A stretch of DNA of 64,000 nt from Candidatus Limnocylindrales bacterium (GTDB lineage Bacteria; Chloroflexota; Limnocylindria; Limnocylindrales; CSP1-4): NCBI GenBank assembly GCA_035540555.1, contig DATLGJ010000043.1, positions 36,007-100,006 of the forward strand. The letters run 5' to 3'. Made by a program: the position numbers and the translations under genes. Position 1 is the stretch's first letter; each line of letters starts with the position of its first letter. Of this stretch, positions 28,670 through 38,067 are shown one piece after another. The notes under the pieces were generated by a model. It searched no databases, was not told the origin of the DNA, and saw only the letters and a list, made by a program, of their open reading frames with translations.

Positions 28670-29370
28670 GCGACCCGCGCGCCGAGCCGCATGCCGTGGG
28701 CTCAGCGCCGATCCGCGTGGCCGTCGTCGACGACCACCCGGTACTGCGCGAGGGCATCGCTTCGCTGCTGGCTGCCCAGCCGGATATGTCGGTGCTGGCC
28801 CGGGGCGAGTCGGTCGAGGACGCCCAGCGCATCCTTGTCGCGGCCGAAGTCGATGTGCTCGTGCTCGATGTCCGCCTCGGCCAGGACAGCGGCCTCAATG
28901 CGCTGCAGGGCGGGCCGCAGCGGCGGCCGGCCGTCGTCGTGTTGACCGCATACGACTACCCGCAATACGCCCAGGCGGCGCTCAAGCTGGGCGCCGCGGG
29001 CTTCGTCCTCAAGAACGCCCCGATCGACCAGCTGCTCGCCGCCATCCGCAACGCCGCCGCCGGCGGCTTGACCTTCTCCGTCCGTCCGGCTGAGTCCCTG
29101 GCTCTGACCCCGCGCGAGATGGAGGTAGTTCGGCTGGTGGTGGAGGGACGTTCCAACGACGAGATTGCTACCGAGCTGGGCATCGCGCCAAAGACCGTGG
29201 AGACGCACCTGAGGCGCGTATTCGAGCGGGCGGCCGTCGCCTCGCGCACCGAGCTCGCGACGCGTGCGCTGCGCGAGGGGTGGCTGGAGCTGCCACTCAG
29301 CGATCCGAGGCCAGGTACGCAGCCGATTCGCAACGAGATTGATGGCACGGCAGGGGCTGCCCGGGAGTGA
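28666..29370 (+). CDS. response regulator, NarL/LuxR family
   Basis: IRVAVVDDHPVLREG, VLVLDVRL (phospho-Asp region), and the LuxR HTH LTPREMEVVRLVVEGRSNDEIATELGIAPKTVETHL. The GTG at 28666 overlaps the kinase stop (GTGA). Confidence 0.9.
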   Translation: MSDPRAEPHAVGSAPIRVAVVDDHPVLREGIASLLAAQPDMSVLARGESVEDAQRILVAAEVDVLVLDVRLGQDSGLNALQGGPQRRPAVVVLTAYDYPQYAQAALKLGAAGFVLKNAPIDQLLAAIRNAAAGGLTFSVRPAESLALTPREMEVVRLVVEGRSNDEIATELGIAPKTVETHLRRVFERAAVASRTELATRALREGWLELPLSDPRPGTQPIRNEIDGTAGAARE

Positions 29371-29419
29371 CTGCCGAACACCGACTGGCGAACATGCCCG
29401 GCGGAGGAGGGCCCGAGCT

Positions 29420-29878
29420 TTGGCTGAGGAAACCGAGAAGGAACGGATCGACCGGGAGGTCATCGAGCTGCTCAACGAGCTGCGCGTCACGTTGCCCGGC
29501 GTGCAGGTGCTCTTTGCCTTCCTGCTGATCCTGCCCTTCCAGCCTGGCTTCGCCGAGGTGACCGACCTCGAGCGGGCGGTCTACTTCGTGGCCTTCCTGG
29601 CGACGACGGCGGCGACGATCATGCTCATCACGCCGGCCAGCTACCACCGCCTGCGCTTCCGGGCCGGCGACAAGCTGCGCATGCTGCTCATCTCCAATCG
29701 GCTCGTGATCGGCGGGTTGCTCTGCCTGGCCGTGGCGATCACGGCCGCTGTCTACCTGATTGCGGAGGTGGTGGTCGGCGACGTCGGTGCCCTCGGCGTC
29801 GCCGCGGCGGCTGCCATCGGCCTGATCGCCTTCTGGTACCTCGTGCCGCTGCTGGGGAAGGTCCAGGAGCAGCAATGA
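29420..29878 (+). CDS. DUF6328-family membrane protein
   Basis: EKERIDREVIELLNELRVTLPGVQVLFAFLLILPFQPGF...YHRLRF matches my recollection of DUF6328 (not searched). The TTG at 29420 is preceded by GGAGGAGGG. The longer ORF from 29264 overlaps the response regulator. Confidence 0.65.
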   Translation: MAEETEKERIDREVIELLNELRVTLPGVQVLFAFLLILPFQPGFAEVTDLERAVYFVAFLATTAATIMLITPASYHRLRFRAGDKLRMLLISNRLVIGGLLCLAVAITAAVYLIAEVVVGDVGALGVAAAAAIGLIAFWYLVPLLGKVQEQQ

Positions 29879-31575
29879 CCAACTCGGGGGGAGACGGCGG
29901 ACGGCACCATTCACCGGCGCGGATCCAGCGTGCAGCACGAGAGCTGCTGAACCTTGAGGAGCTGATGCCGGGCCAGGCGGAGGCGGTAGCAGCCGTGCTG
30001 GAGGGCAGGGACACCCTCGCCGTACTGCCCACCGGCGGGGGCAAATCCGCCATCTACCAGATCGCCGGGGCGCTCATCCCCGGTTCGACGGTGGTCATCT
30101 CGCCGCTGCTTGCATTGCAGCGCGACCAGCTGCAGTCGATCGAGGGCATGGAAGCAGGTGAAGGCGCGCTGATCAACTCGACCCTGCGCGCGCGGCAGCG
30201 GGAGGAGACGCTCGACCTGATCGAGGACGGCGCCCTGGAGTTCATCCTGCTGGCGCCGGAGCAGCTGGCCGACAGCGAGGTCCTGGACGCGCTCGAGGCC
30301 TCGAGCCCCTCTCTCTTCGTGGTGGACGAGGCGCACTGCCTGAGCGACTGGGGCCACGACTTCCGGCCCGACTACCTCCGGTTACGCGAGGTCGTGCGTC
30401 GCCTGGGCCATCCCACCATCTTGGCCCTCACCGCGACGGCGGCACCGCCGGTGCGCGAGGAGATCATCGAGCGGCTGGCCATGCGCAAGCCGGCAGTAAT
30501 CGTTCACGGCTTCGACCGGCCCAACATCCACCTGGAAGTGGTATCTCGTGGTGACGAGCGAGCCAAGATCGACGCCCTCACCGAGGCTATTGCCAACGCG
30601 CAGCCGCCGGGCATCGTCTATGCCGCGACCCGTCAGGCGACAGAGGACCTGGCCGACCGGCTGATCAGCGCCGGCGTGCGCGCTGCCGCTTACCACGCGG
30701 GCATGCCCGCGCGTGAGCGCGAACGCGTGCAGGACGCTTTCATGGCTGATCGAGGCGAGATCGATGTGATCGTGGCCACGACCGCCTTCGGCATGGGCGT
30801 CGATAAGCCCAACGTCCGCTTCGTCTTCCACGCGAGCGCGAGCGAATCGCTCGACGCCTACCATCAGGAGATCGGCCGCGCAGGTCGCGATGGCGCGCCG
30901 TCGCGCGCCGTTCTCTTCTACCGCGCCGAGGACCTGGGTCTGCGCCGCTACTTCGCCGCTCGTGGTCGATTGCAGCAGGAGACTCTCGAGCAGGTGGTCG
31001 AGTGGCTCCGGGCGTCAGCCTCCCGCCGGTCGGTTCCAGTCGAGCAGATTGCCCAGGCGGTTGACCTCTCCAGGGCGATGACGATGCGCGCGCTCGACCG
31101 CTTGTCGGTGCTCGAGGCCTGCACGTTGGACAAGGGCCGGGCCCGGGCCAACCCAGACGACCAGCGCACGCCGGCCGAGGTTGCCGGTGAGGCGGTTGCG
31201 GCCGAAGAGCGGCGGCTGGCGTATGACCGATCCCGCGTCGAGATGATGCGCGCCTACGCCGAGACGCGGGAGTGTCGCCGCAACTTCCTGCTCAACTATT
31301 TCGGCGAAGGAGCTGAGGGTGGGTGTGGCAGGTGCGACAACGACCTGCGGGCGGCCGACCAGGAAGTCGGTGGCCGTGTCGCCGGCGCCCAGGCTGCGGG
31401 ACAGGATGTCCCCTTCGAGCTGAACTCGCGCGTCCGCCACTCGGCTTTCGGCGAGGGCACCGTTCAGCACTACGACGACGGCGGCGTGACGGTCCTCTTC
31501 GACGACGGCGGCTACAAGACGCTCGACGCCGACCACGCGGTCAATGAGGGGCTGCTCAAGCTGGCCGGCGCTTAG
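29875..31575 (+). CDS. recQ: ATP-dependent DNA helicase, RecQ family
   Basis: PTGGGKS, VVDEAHCLSDWGHDFRPDY, ATTAFGMGVDKPNVRFVFH, QEIGRAGRDG, and the Zn module CRRNFLLNYFGE...GGCGRCDN. There is no obvious HRDC; the C-terminus is a small beta-rich domain (VRHSAFGEGTVQHYDDGGVTVLFDDGGYKTL). ATGA overlap with the upstream gene. Confidence 0.9.
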   Translation: MTNSGGDGGRHHSPARIQRAARELLNLEELMPGQAEAVAAVLEGRDTLAVLPTGGGKSAIYQIAGALIPGSTVVISPLLALQRDQLQSIEGMEAGEGALINSTLRARQREETLDLIEDGALEFILLAPEQLADSEVLDALEASSPSLFVVDEAHCLSDWGHDFRPDYLRLREVVRRLGHPTILALTATAAPPVREEIIERLAMRKPAVIVHGFDRPNIHLEVVSRGDERAKIDALTEAIANAQPPGIVYAATRQATEDLADRLISAGVRAAAYHAGMPARERERVQDAFMADRGEIDVIVATTAFGMGVDKPNVRFVFHASASESLDAYHQEIGRAGRDGAPSRAVLFYRAEDLGLRRYFAARGRLQQETLEQVVEWLRASASRRSVPVEQIAQAVDLSRAMTMRALDRLSVLEACTLDKGRARANPDDQRTPAEVAGEAVAAEERRLAYDRSRVEMMRAYAETRECRRNFLLNYFGEGAEGGCGRCDNDLRAADQEVGGRVAGAQAAGQDVPFELNSRVRHSAFGEGTVQHYDDGGVTVLFDDGGYKTLDADHAVNEGLLKLAGA

Positions 31576-32471
31576 CCCTTGAGCGCGCCGGCCATCAGCC
31601 CGCGCAGGAAGAACCGGCCCAGCACGATGTAGACGACGAGAGTCGGCAGCGCCGCCAGCAGCGCGCCGGCCATCTGCACGTTCCATTCCACGATCTGGCT
31701 GCCGGCCAGGTTGTTGAGCGCAACGGTGACCGGCCAGGCATTAGGTCTGGTCAGCACGATGGCGAACAGAAATTCGTTCCAGATGTTGGTGAACTGCCAG
31801 ATCAGCACGACCGCGAAGCCGGGCAACGAGAGCGGCAGCGCGATGTGGCGGTAGATGCCGAAGAATCCCGCGCCATCGATCCGGCCTGACTCGATCACCT
31901 CGCCGGGCACGGTCGCGTAGTAGTTGCGGAAGATCAGCGTCGTGATCGGGATGCCGTAGACGACGTGAACCAGGATCAGCCCGGGGATGCCGCCGACCAG
32001 GTTGATCTGCTGCATGAATTGGACCAGCGGGATGAGGATCGCCTGATAGGGGATGAACATGCCGAAGAGGAAGGCGGTGAAGATGACGTCCGATCCGCGG
32101 AACTTCCACTTGGAGAGGATGTAGCCGTTCATCGAGCCGAGCGTCGCCGACAGGAGGGCCGCGGGGATCGCCAGCATGACCGAGTTGGCCAGGTTGGGGC
32201 CCAGGGCGGCGAAGGCGGCCTGGAAGTTGTCGACGTAGAGGCCCGAGGGCAGCTCCCACATGCGTGCCAGGCTCACGTCGGCAAAGGGCTTCAGGCCGGT
32301 GATCAGCATGACCCACACGGGCAGCAGGAAGAAGGCGGCCAGAAACCCGAGCAGGGCCAGCTTGATCAGGTTGCCCGGCGTGAGGCCTCGCGTCACGTCG
32401 GCTCGAGTCGGCAGGCGCCTGCTGAAACGGTTCCGGGGGCCGATGGTGGCCGGCGGGATCGGGTAGGTCAC
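31572..32471 (-). CDS. carbohydrate ABC transporter permease (MalG/BPD_transp_1 type)
   Basis: Last 299 codons of ORF 31572..33242, from GTG 32471 (GTGA overlap). ESGRIDGAGFFGIYRHIALPLSLPG is the EAA loop. Its TAA stop overlaps the recQ TAG (TTAG). Confidence 0.9.
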   Translation of the reverse strand: MTYPIPPATIGPRNRFSRRLPTRADVTRGLTPGNLIKLALLGFLAAFFLLPVWVMLITGLKPFADVSLARMWELPSGLYVDNFQAAFAALGPNLANSVMLAIPAALLSATLGSMNGYILSKWKFRGSDVIFTAFLFGMFIPYQAILIPLVQFMQQINLVGGIPGLILVHVVYGIPITTLIFRNYYATVPGEVIESGRIDGAGFFGIYRHIALPLSLPGFAVVLIWQFTNIWNEFLFAIVLTRPNAWPVTVALNNLAGSQIVEWNVQMAGALLAALPTLVVYIVLGRFFLRGLMAGALKG

Positions 32472-33367
32472 AGCTCGGTCTCGCGGCGCATCGACCACAC
32501 CAGGTAGGGCACGACCAAAATCGCCACGCTCAGCAGCATGAAGATGCCAATCGCGGCGCCACGCGCGTAGTTGTTGGCGTCGAACGTCGTCGTCCACATG
32601 TAGATGGCCGGCACGTCGAGCCGCAGGTCCCGGCCGCTCAACGCGATGATCAGATCGAAGACCTTGAGCGACAGGTGGCCCAGGATGATCAGTGCGCTGA
32701 GCAGGGCCGGCCGCAGAAGGGGCAGGACGATGCGCCGGTAGACCTGCAGCTCGCTCGCCCCGTCGACACGGGCAGCCTCCTTGAGCTCCTCCGGGATCGA
32801 GCGCAGGCCGGCCAGGAAGAGGGCCATCGTGAAGCCGGTCATCTGCCAGACGGCGGGCAGCGCCACGAAAGCCATGCCCCAGGGCGGCTCGCTGGTGTGC
32901 CACGCGCTCATCAGCGCATCCAGGCCGAGGCTGTCCAGCAGCAGGTTGAGGCCCGTCGTCCGCTGGCCGGTGCTCGGGTTCATCAGCCAGCGCCAGGCGA
33001 CACCGGTGACGATCAGCGAGATGGCAAGCGGGAAGAGGAAGACGCTGCGAAAGAAGGACTCCGCAGGCACCTTGCGGTCGAGCAGGATGGCCAGCACCAG
33101 GCCCAGCCCGACACAGCCTCCAATGAAGAACGTGGTGAAGACGACCGTGTTGCGGATGTCGATCTGAAAGCGCCGGTCGTTGAGCAGGTCGGCGAAATTG
33201 GCCAGCCCGGCCCACGTGTAGTCGGGGATCAAGCCCTGCCACTCGCTGAGCGAGACACGCAGCGACCAGCCGATGAAGCCGTAGACGAACAGGCCGATCA
33301 GCACGATCGAGGGGCTGAGCATTGCTATCGGCACCCAGTGCCGACGCAGCGCGCGCGCGGCGGTCAT
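32468..33367 (-). CDS. carbohydrate ABC transporter permease (MalF-like)
   Basis: EAARVDGASELQVYRRIVLPLLRP (EAA loop) and 6 TM spans. Confidence 0.9.
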   Translation of the reverse strand: MTAARALRRHWVPIAMLSPSIVLIGLFVYGFIGWSLRVSLSEWQGLIPDYTWAGLANFADLLNDRRFQIDIRNTVVFTTFFIGGCVGLGLVLAILLDRKVPAESFFRSVFLFPLAISLIVTGVAWRWLMNPSTGQRTTGLNLLLDSLGLDALMSAWHTSEPPWGMAFVALPAVWQMTGFTMALFLAGLRSIPEELKEAARVDGASELQVYRRIVLPLLRPALLSALIILGHLSLKVFDLIIALSGRDLRLDVPAIYMWTTTFDANNYARGAAIGIFMLLSVAILVVPYLVWSMRRETEL

Positions 33368-33447
33368 GTCATCAGCGCAGTCGCCTGACGAAAACGGTCC
33401 GGTGCCCCGAGGGACACCGGACCGTCCTGGTTACCTTGTCTCGCCGA

Positions 33448-34794
33448 TCACTCGCACGGGCCCAGGGCGGTGCAGGCCACGGCCAGCGCGGTCTGGAAGA
33501 CCGTCACGTCGCGGTCGGCCAGGAACAGCCCGAGAGCCGTATCGATGCCGACCTTCCACGCGTCATTGGCTACCACGCCGTGCGTCAGCGAGCCGGCCAG
33601 CTCGTTGCTCTCCCAATCGTCCATCGCCGACTGCAGGTAGGCGTCGTACAGCTCCCGATCCGGGTCGGTCCGGGCCGGGATCGAGCCCTTGACCGGATTG
33701 AACGCGTCCTGGCCTTCCTTGGAGCCGGCGATCCGCAGCCAGGCAAGGGCGCCTTCGCGGTTGTCGACGCCGGACGGCAGGACGAAGCTGTCGGACAGCC
33801 ACTGGAAGACACCGTCACTGCCGGGCGCCGCTGCCCACCCGAACGAGCCGTCAGCCGGGTCGAGACCCTGGGAGACGAAGTAGCCCTCCGCCCAGTCGCC
33901 CATGATGTTGAAGGCAGCGTCGCCGTCGAGCACCAGCTGAGCGGCCTGCTCCCAGGGCAGCGTTGAGGCGTCGTCGTTGGTGTAGTCGAGCACCTGGCTG
34001 AAGGTCTCGAGTGCTGCAGTCAGCTCAGCGCTGTTCCAGTCGCCGGTGCCATCCCACAGGGCCGCATAGGCCTCGTGGCCGAGCTCGCCCAGCAGCACCG
34101 TCTCGAAGAGATGCAGGGTGGTCCACTGCTCGCCCATGGCCAACGGGGTCACGCCGGCGTCCTGCAGCGTCTGTGCCGTCGAGAGGAACTCGTCCCAGCT
34201 GGTGGGCGGCTCCACCCCCCACTCTTCGAGGTTGGCTGGGACGTACCACATCACGTTGGCCCGGTGGATGTTGACCGGTACCGACCAGATGTTGCCGTCG
34301 CTCGAGATCTGCTCGATCAGCGTCTCCGGCATGACGTCCAGCCAGCCCTCCTCCTCGAAGAGGAAGTTGAGCGGTTCGAGCTGGTCGGCCGCGACGTACG
34401 TGCCGATCAGCTCCTGGCCGGCGTGTCCCTGCCACGACTCGGGTGGATCGCCCTGCGCCAGGCGCGTGGCGAGCACCGCCCGGGCGTTGGTGCCCGCGCC
34501 GCCTGCGACGGCGGCATTGACGATCTGGTACTCAGGGTGCCTGTCGGCGAAGACCTCGAACATCGCTTCGAGGCCGTCTGCCTCGCCGCCCGCGGTCCAC
34601 CAGCTGAAGATCTCGACCTCGCCGCTGCCGGACGGCGTGCCGGCGGGTGGCGTGCCACCCGCGGGGCTCTGGCCCGCCGTCTGCCGCGGGGTCGGGGCAG
34701 GGCTTGTCGCCGGCGTGGTCGTGCATGCGACGATCAGGGCCAGAGCGAGAACGGGAGCGAGCGCCCGGGACGGGCGCCACACGAGAGCGCGCAT
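33448..34794 (-). CDS. ABC transporter extracellular sugar-binding lipoprotein (solute-binding family 1)
   Basis: From ATG 34794, preceded by GGAGGAGAGG. Lipobox LALIVAC. Typical W/D-rich SBP sequence. No ATPase gene is in the operon. Confidence 0.9.
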   Translation of the reverse strand: MRALVWRPSRALAPVLALALIVACTTTPATSPAPTPRQTAGQSPAGGTPPAGTPSGSGEVEIFSWWTAGGEADGLEAMFEVFADRHPEYQIVNAAVAGGAGTNARAVLATRLAQGDPPESWQGHAGQELIGTYVAADQLEPLNFLFEEEGWLDVMPETLIEQISSDGNIWSVPVNIHRANVMWYVPANLEEWGVEPPTSWDEFLSTAQTLQDAGVTPLAMGEQWTTLHLFETVLLGELGHEAYAALWDGTGDWNSAELTAALETFSQVLDYTNDDASTLPWEQAAQLVLDGDAAFNIMGDWAEGYFVSQGLDPADGSFGWAAAPGSDGVFQWLSDSFVLPSGVDNREGALAWLRIAGSKEGQDAFNPVKGSIPARTDPDRELYDAYLQSAMDDWESNELAGSLTHGVVANDAWKVGIDTALGLFLADRDVTVFQTALAVACTALGPCE

Positions 34795-34939
34795 TGCCTC
34801 TCCTCCTACTTCGCAGCCGTGCCGGCTGGTCATGCCGGTCAGGTGCGCACGGCCGCCATTGTCGCCGCCGGTAGCGGTCGATCGCCGGCACATTAATCGA
34901 TCGTTGACCCGATTGCGAGCACCTTTTGGCCTCGCCGGG

Positions 34940-34968
34940 TTGCCATCCTAACAACCGTTTGTTAGAGT
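34940..34968 (+). promoter_or_regulatory. promoter TTGCCA-N17-TAGAGT with embedded palindromic operator CTAACAA-ccgt-TTGTTAG (34948-34965); near-leaderless TetR/paa transcript
   Basis: -35 at 34940-45 and -10 at 34963-68, 9 nt before the TetR ATG at 34978. The 7-bp perfect inverted arms fill the spacer. Confidence 0.5.
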
Positions 34969-34977
34969 GCCAGCACC

Positions 34978-35586
34978 ATGGCCATTGAGACCAGCCGGCG
35001 GCAGCAGATCGAGGACGCAGCCTCGACGCTCTTCCGCGAGCGAGGCTACGCAGCCACCAGCGTCCGCGACATTGCCCACGCGCTGAACATCCAGGGCGGC
35101 AGCCTCTACGCCCACGTGGCGTCGAAGGAGGACGTGCTGTGGTCGATCGTCAGCCGCGCCGCTGACCGCTTCAACGCCGAGGTTGCCCCGCTGGCCGCGG
35201 ACCATTCGACCACCTTGGCGACGACCCGGCTGCGCCAGATGGTTCGCGCTCACGTCGAGGTCGTCACCAGCAGCCAGCGTGACGCCGCGGTATTCCTCCA
35301 CGAGTGGCGCTTCCTGTCGCCCGACCGCCGCACCCAGATGGCCGAGCGGCGGGACGCCTACGAGGCGCTGTTCCGGCAGGCCATCGGCGAGGGCATCTCC
35401 GCCGGGACGTTTTCGGCCGTCGACCCGCGCGTGACGGCGACCGCCATCCTGACCGCTCTGAACGGGATTGCCACCTGGTACCGACCCGACGGCCCACTGT
35501 CTGCGCAGGAGATTGCGGACCAATACGCCGATCTGTTCCTGCGCGCGCTGACCTGCGACGCGCCAGCCTCACCGCGAAAGGATTGA
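34978..35586 (+). CDS. TetR/AcrR-family transcriptional regulator (candidate PaaR-type repressor)
   Basis: The HTH is AASTLFRERGYAATSVRDIAHALNIQGGSLYAHVASKEDVL. It lies immediately upstream of paaA. Confidence 0.9.
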   Translation: MAIETSRRQQIEDAASTLFRERGYAATSVRDIAHALNIQGGSLYAHVASKEDVLWSIVSRAADRFNAEVAPLAADHSTTLATTRLRQMVRAHVEVVTSSQRDAAVFLHEWRFLSPDRRTQMAERRDAYEALFRQAIGEGISAGTFSAVDPRVTATAILTALNGIATWYRPDGPLSAQEIADQYADLFLRALTCDAPASPRKD

Positions 35587-35589
35587 CCG

Positions 35590-36585
35590 ATGACGGACCC
35601 CATCTCCCTCGCCCCGATCCTGCCACCGGAAGAGCGGCCAACGCCCGTCTTCGCGGACCCGGACCTGACCCCCGACGAGCGCTACCAGGCATTCGTTGAG
35701 CATGTCCACGGCGGCCTCAAGGTCGAGGCGCGCGACTGGATGCCCGATGAGTACCGCACCGGCGTCCTGCGCTTCGTCGAGATGCACGCCAACTCGGAGC
35801 TGATGGGCGTTCTGCCCGAGCGCGAATGGATCATGCGGGCGCCGACCCTCAAGCGGAAGCTGGCGCTGACCGCCAAGGTTCAGGACGAGGTCGGCCATGC
35901 CCAGCTGCTCTACCGCGTGGCGGAGGACCTGGGCAAGCCGCGCGAGCAGATGATCGAGGACCTGCTCAACGGCAGGACCAAGTTCCACAACGTCTTCCAC
36001 TACCCGACCGAGTCGTGGGGCGACGTGGGCATCATCGCCTGGCTGGTCGACGCGGCGGCGATCGTGGCCCAGCAGGCGCTGCGCGATTCCTCTTATGGCC
36101 CGTACGCGCGGACGATGAAGAAGATCTGCTGGGAGGAGTCAGTCCACATCATGCACGGGCGCGACGTGGTCGTGACGATGATGAACGGCTCGCAGAAGCA
36201 GCGCGACATGGTCCAGGAGGCGCTCGATCGCTGGTGGGGCCCGCTGATGCAGATGCACGGCCCGCGCACCGACCCGGCCCGGGACCGCGACCTGTTCTGG
36301 CGGATCAAGGAGAAGACCGGCGAGCAGCTGCGCCAGGAGTTCCTTTCGACGTACGTGCCGCGACTGTGGGAGATCGGGCTGTATCCGCCCGACCCGGAGC
36401 TGCGCCTCGATGAGTCGACGGGCGAATGGCGCTACACCGAGCCTGACTGGCAGGAGCTTCGCACGGTCGTGACCAACAACGGCCCGAAGTCGCAGGAGCG
36501 GCTCGGGTTCCGCCGGCTCAGCTGGGACCAGACGGCGTGGGTGCGCCGGACCGTGCTCGCCGCGCCGGCTGCGGCGGCGGCCTGA
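35590..36585 (+). CDS. paaA: 1,2-phenylacetyl-CoA epoxidase, catalytic subunit A
   Basis: Di-iron ferritin-like protein with FVEMHANSELMG and KVQDEVGHAQLLY (ExxH). The length and order paaA-B-C-D fit. Confidence 0.9.
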   Translation: MTDPISLAPILPPEERPTPVFADPDLTPDERYQAFVEHVHGGLKVEARDWMPDEYRTGVLRFVEMHANSELMGVLPEREWIMRAPTLKRKLALTAKVQDEVGHAQLLYRVAEDLGKPREQMIEDLLNGRTKFHNVFHYPTESWGDVGIIAWLVDAAAIVAQQALRDSSYGPYARTMKKICWEESVHIMHGRDVVVTMMNGSQKQRDMVQEALDRWWGPLMQMHGPRTDPARDRDLFWRIKEKTGEQLRQEFLSTYVPRLWEIGLYPPDPELRLDESTGEWRYTEPDWQELRTVVTNNGPKSQERLGFRRLSWDQTAWVRRTVLAAPAAAAA

Positions 36586-36608
36586 CAGGGCAGACTGCGG
36601 GCCACCTG

Positions 36609-36779
36609 ATGCAGTCCATCCGCAATCTCATCGGCGCCGTCGCCTCATCGCTGCGCAGGGGGCGGGTGGCGCGCAGCGCCGACAGGCTCGAGGTTGAGCT
36701 GTCCCACGACGAGTGGTCCCAGTTCCGCCCGGATCGCCGCGTGCCGCTGTGCATCGCCACCAAGCACATTCGTTCATAG
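36609..36779 (+). CDS. possible small ORF (56 aa) in the unusual paaA-paaB gap
   Basis: MQSIRNLIGAVASSLRRGRVARSADRLEVELSHDEWSQFRPDRRVPLCIATKHIRS. Third positions are mostly G/C, as in real genes. It ends 24 nt before the paaB start. No family recognised. Confidence 0.3.
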   Translation: MQSIRNLIGAVASSLRRGRVARSADRLEVELSHDEWSQFRPDRRVPLCIATKHIRS

Positions 36780-36802
36780 GCGCGATCAAAAGGGAACACT
36801 CA

Positions 36803-37231
36803 GTGACTTCCAACCGCACGACCGGGCCGCTCAACCAGCCGGGTGCCCCGACTGCCGCGCACGCCGCCGAGGCCCAGCCGAGCCAGGGCCGCCACGATGA
36901 GGCCGGCCGGCTCGGCCAGGGTGCCCGGACCGACGTCTTTGAGGTCTTACGCCAGGAGAAGGACGGCGACCCCATGCGTCATGCCGGCAACGTCGTCGCG
37001 CCGGACATCGAGCTGGCCACCCACTACGCCCGCGAGCTGTACAGCCGGCGCAACGAGAGCGTCCGATTGTGGATCGTTCCGCGCAGCCAGATCACGGACC
37101 TGTCCGATCCGGATTACCTCCAGCCGCCGCTCGACCGCAGCTTCAAGCGGCCCGGCGGGTACGTCATGCGCGACAAGCTCGAGGTCGCCAAGCAGCGCGC
37201 GGCGAGCGAGAAGGCCAAGGTAGACCGATGA
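36803..37231 (+). CDS. paaB: 1,2-phenylacetyl-CoA epoxidase subunit B, with ~45-aa N-terminal extension
   Basis: The core is DVFEVLRQEKDGDPMRHAGNVVAPDIELATHYARELYSRRNESVRLWIVPRSQI. The GTG at 36803 is preceded by AAAAGGGA. Confidence 0.8.
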   Translation: MTSNRTTGPLNQPGAPTAAHAAEAQPSQGRHDEAGRLGQGARTDVFEVLRQEKDGDPMRHAGNVVAPDIELATHYARELYSRRNESVRLWIVPRSQITDLSDPDYLQPPLDRSFKRPGGYVMRDKLEVAKQRAASEKAKVDR

Positions 37232-38067
37232 CCGCCGCCGAGACGCGCCGCCCGACTCGCCAGGTCATCGAGCCCGACCTGCCTCGCTTCGACCGGCGCG
37301 ACCTGAACCCGAACCTGCGTGATGCGCTCGCGGAGCTGCTGCTGACACTCGCCGACGACGAGTTCGTGATCGGCTTCTGGGATTCAGAGTGGACGGGCAT
37401 CGCACCCATGCTCGAGGAAGACGTTGCGTTCAGCTCGATCGCGCAGGACGAGATCGGCCACGCTCGGCTGCTCTACGAGATGCTCGGCCAGCTGACCGGC
37501 GAGACCGCCGACCGGATGGCCTATGGGCGCCAACCGGAGGACTACCGCCACTCGGCGCTGGTCGACCATGCCCGCAACGACTGGGCGTTCTCGATTGCTC
37601 GCCGGTGGCTGTACGAGACGGCCGACGCGGTCCGCCTCGCGGCACTGAAGGAATCGGCGTTCAAGCCGCTGGCCGAGGTCGTGGCCAAGATCCGCCGCGA
37701 GGAGCGCTACCACCTGGCCCACCTGGACGCCTGGCTGCGCCGCCTCGCCGAAGGTGGGCCGGAGCCGCGCCGGAGGCTCGAGCAGTCGCTGGCCACGCTC
37801 TTGCCCGACGGCTCTTCGGTCTTCACGCCCCTGGCGGGGGAGAGCCTGCTTGTCGAGGCGGGCCTGATCGCGGCCTCCATGGCCGAGCTGGCAGAGCGGT
37901 GGCGCTCGGAGGTCGGACCCGTGCTGAAAAGCCTCGGGCTGCCCGCGCCGGTCGACGGCAATCCTCCGGCCAACGGTAGGGACCACGCCCCGCCGTCGCA
38001 CTCGTTCAGCTGGCTCTGGAACGAGTTCACCCAGGTCGTGCGGCTGGAGGAGGGGGTCGAATGGTGA
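37228..38067 (+). CDS. paaC: 1,2-phenylacetyl-CoA epoxidase subunit C
   Basis: LLLTLADDEFVIGFWDSEWTGIAPMLEEDVAFSSIAQDEIGHARLLY. The ATG at 37228 overlaps the paaB stop (ATGA). Confidence 0.85.
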   Translation: MTAAETRRPTRQVIEPDLPRFDRRDLNPNLRDALAELLLTLADDEFVIGFWDSEWTGIAPMLEEDVAFSSIAQDEIGHARLLYEMLGQLTGETADRMAYGRQPEDYRHSALVDHARNDWAFSIARRWLYETADAVRLAALKESAFKPLAEVVAKIRREERYHLAHLDAWLRRLAEGGPEPRRRLEQSLATLLPDGSSVFTPLAGESLLVEAGLIAASMAELAERWRSEVGPVLKSLGLPAPVDGNPPANGRDHAPPSHSFSWLWNEFTQVVRLEEGVEW

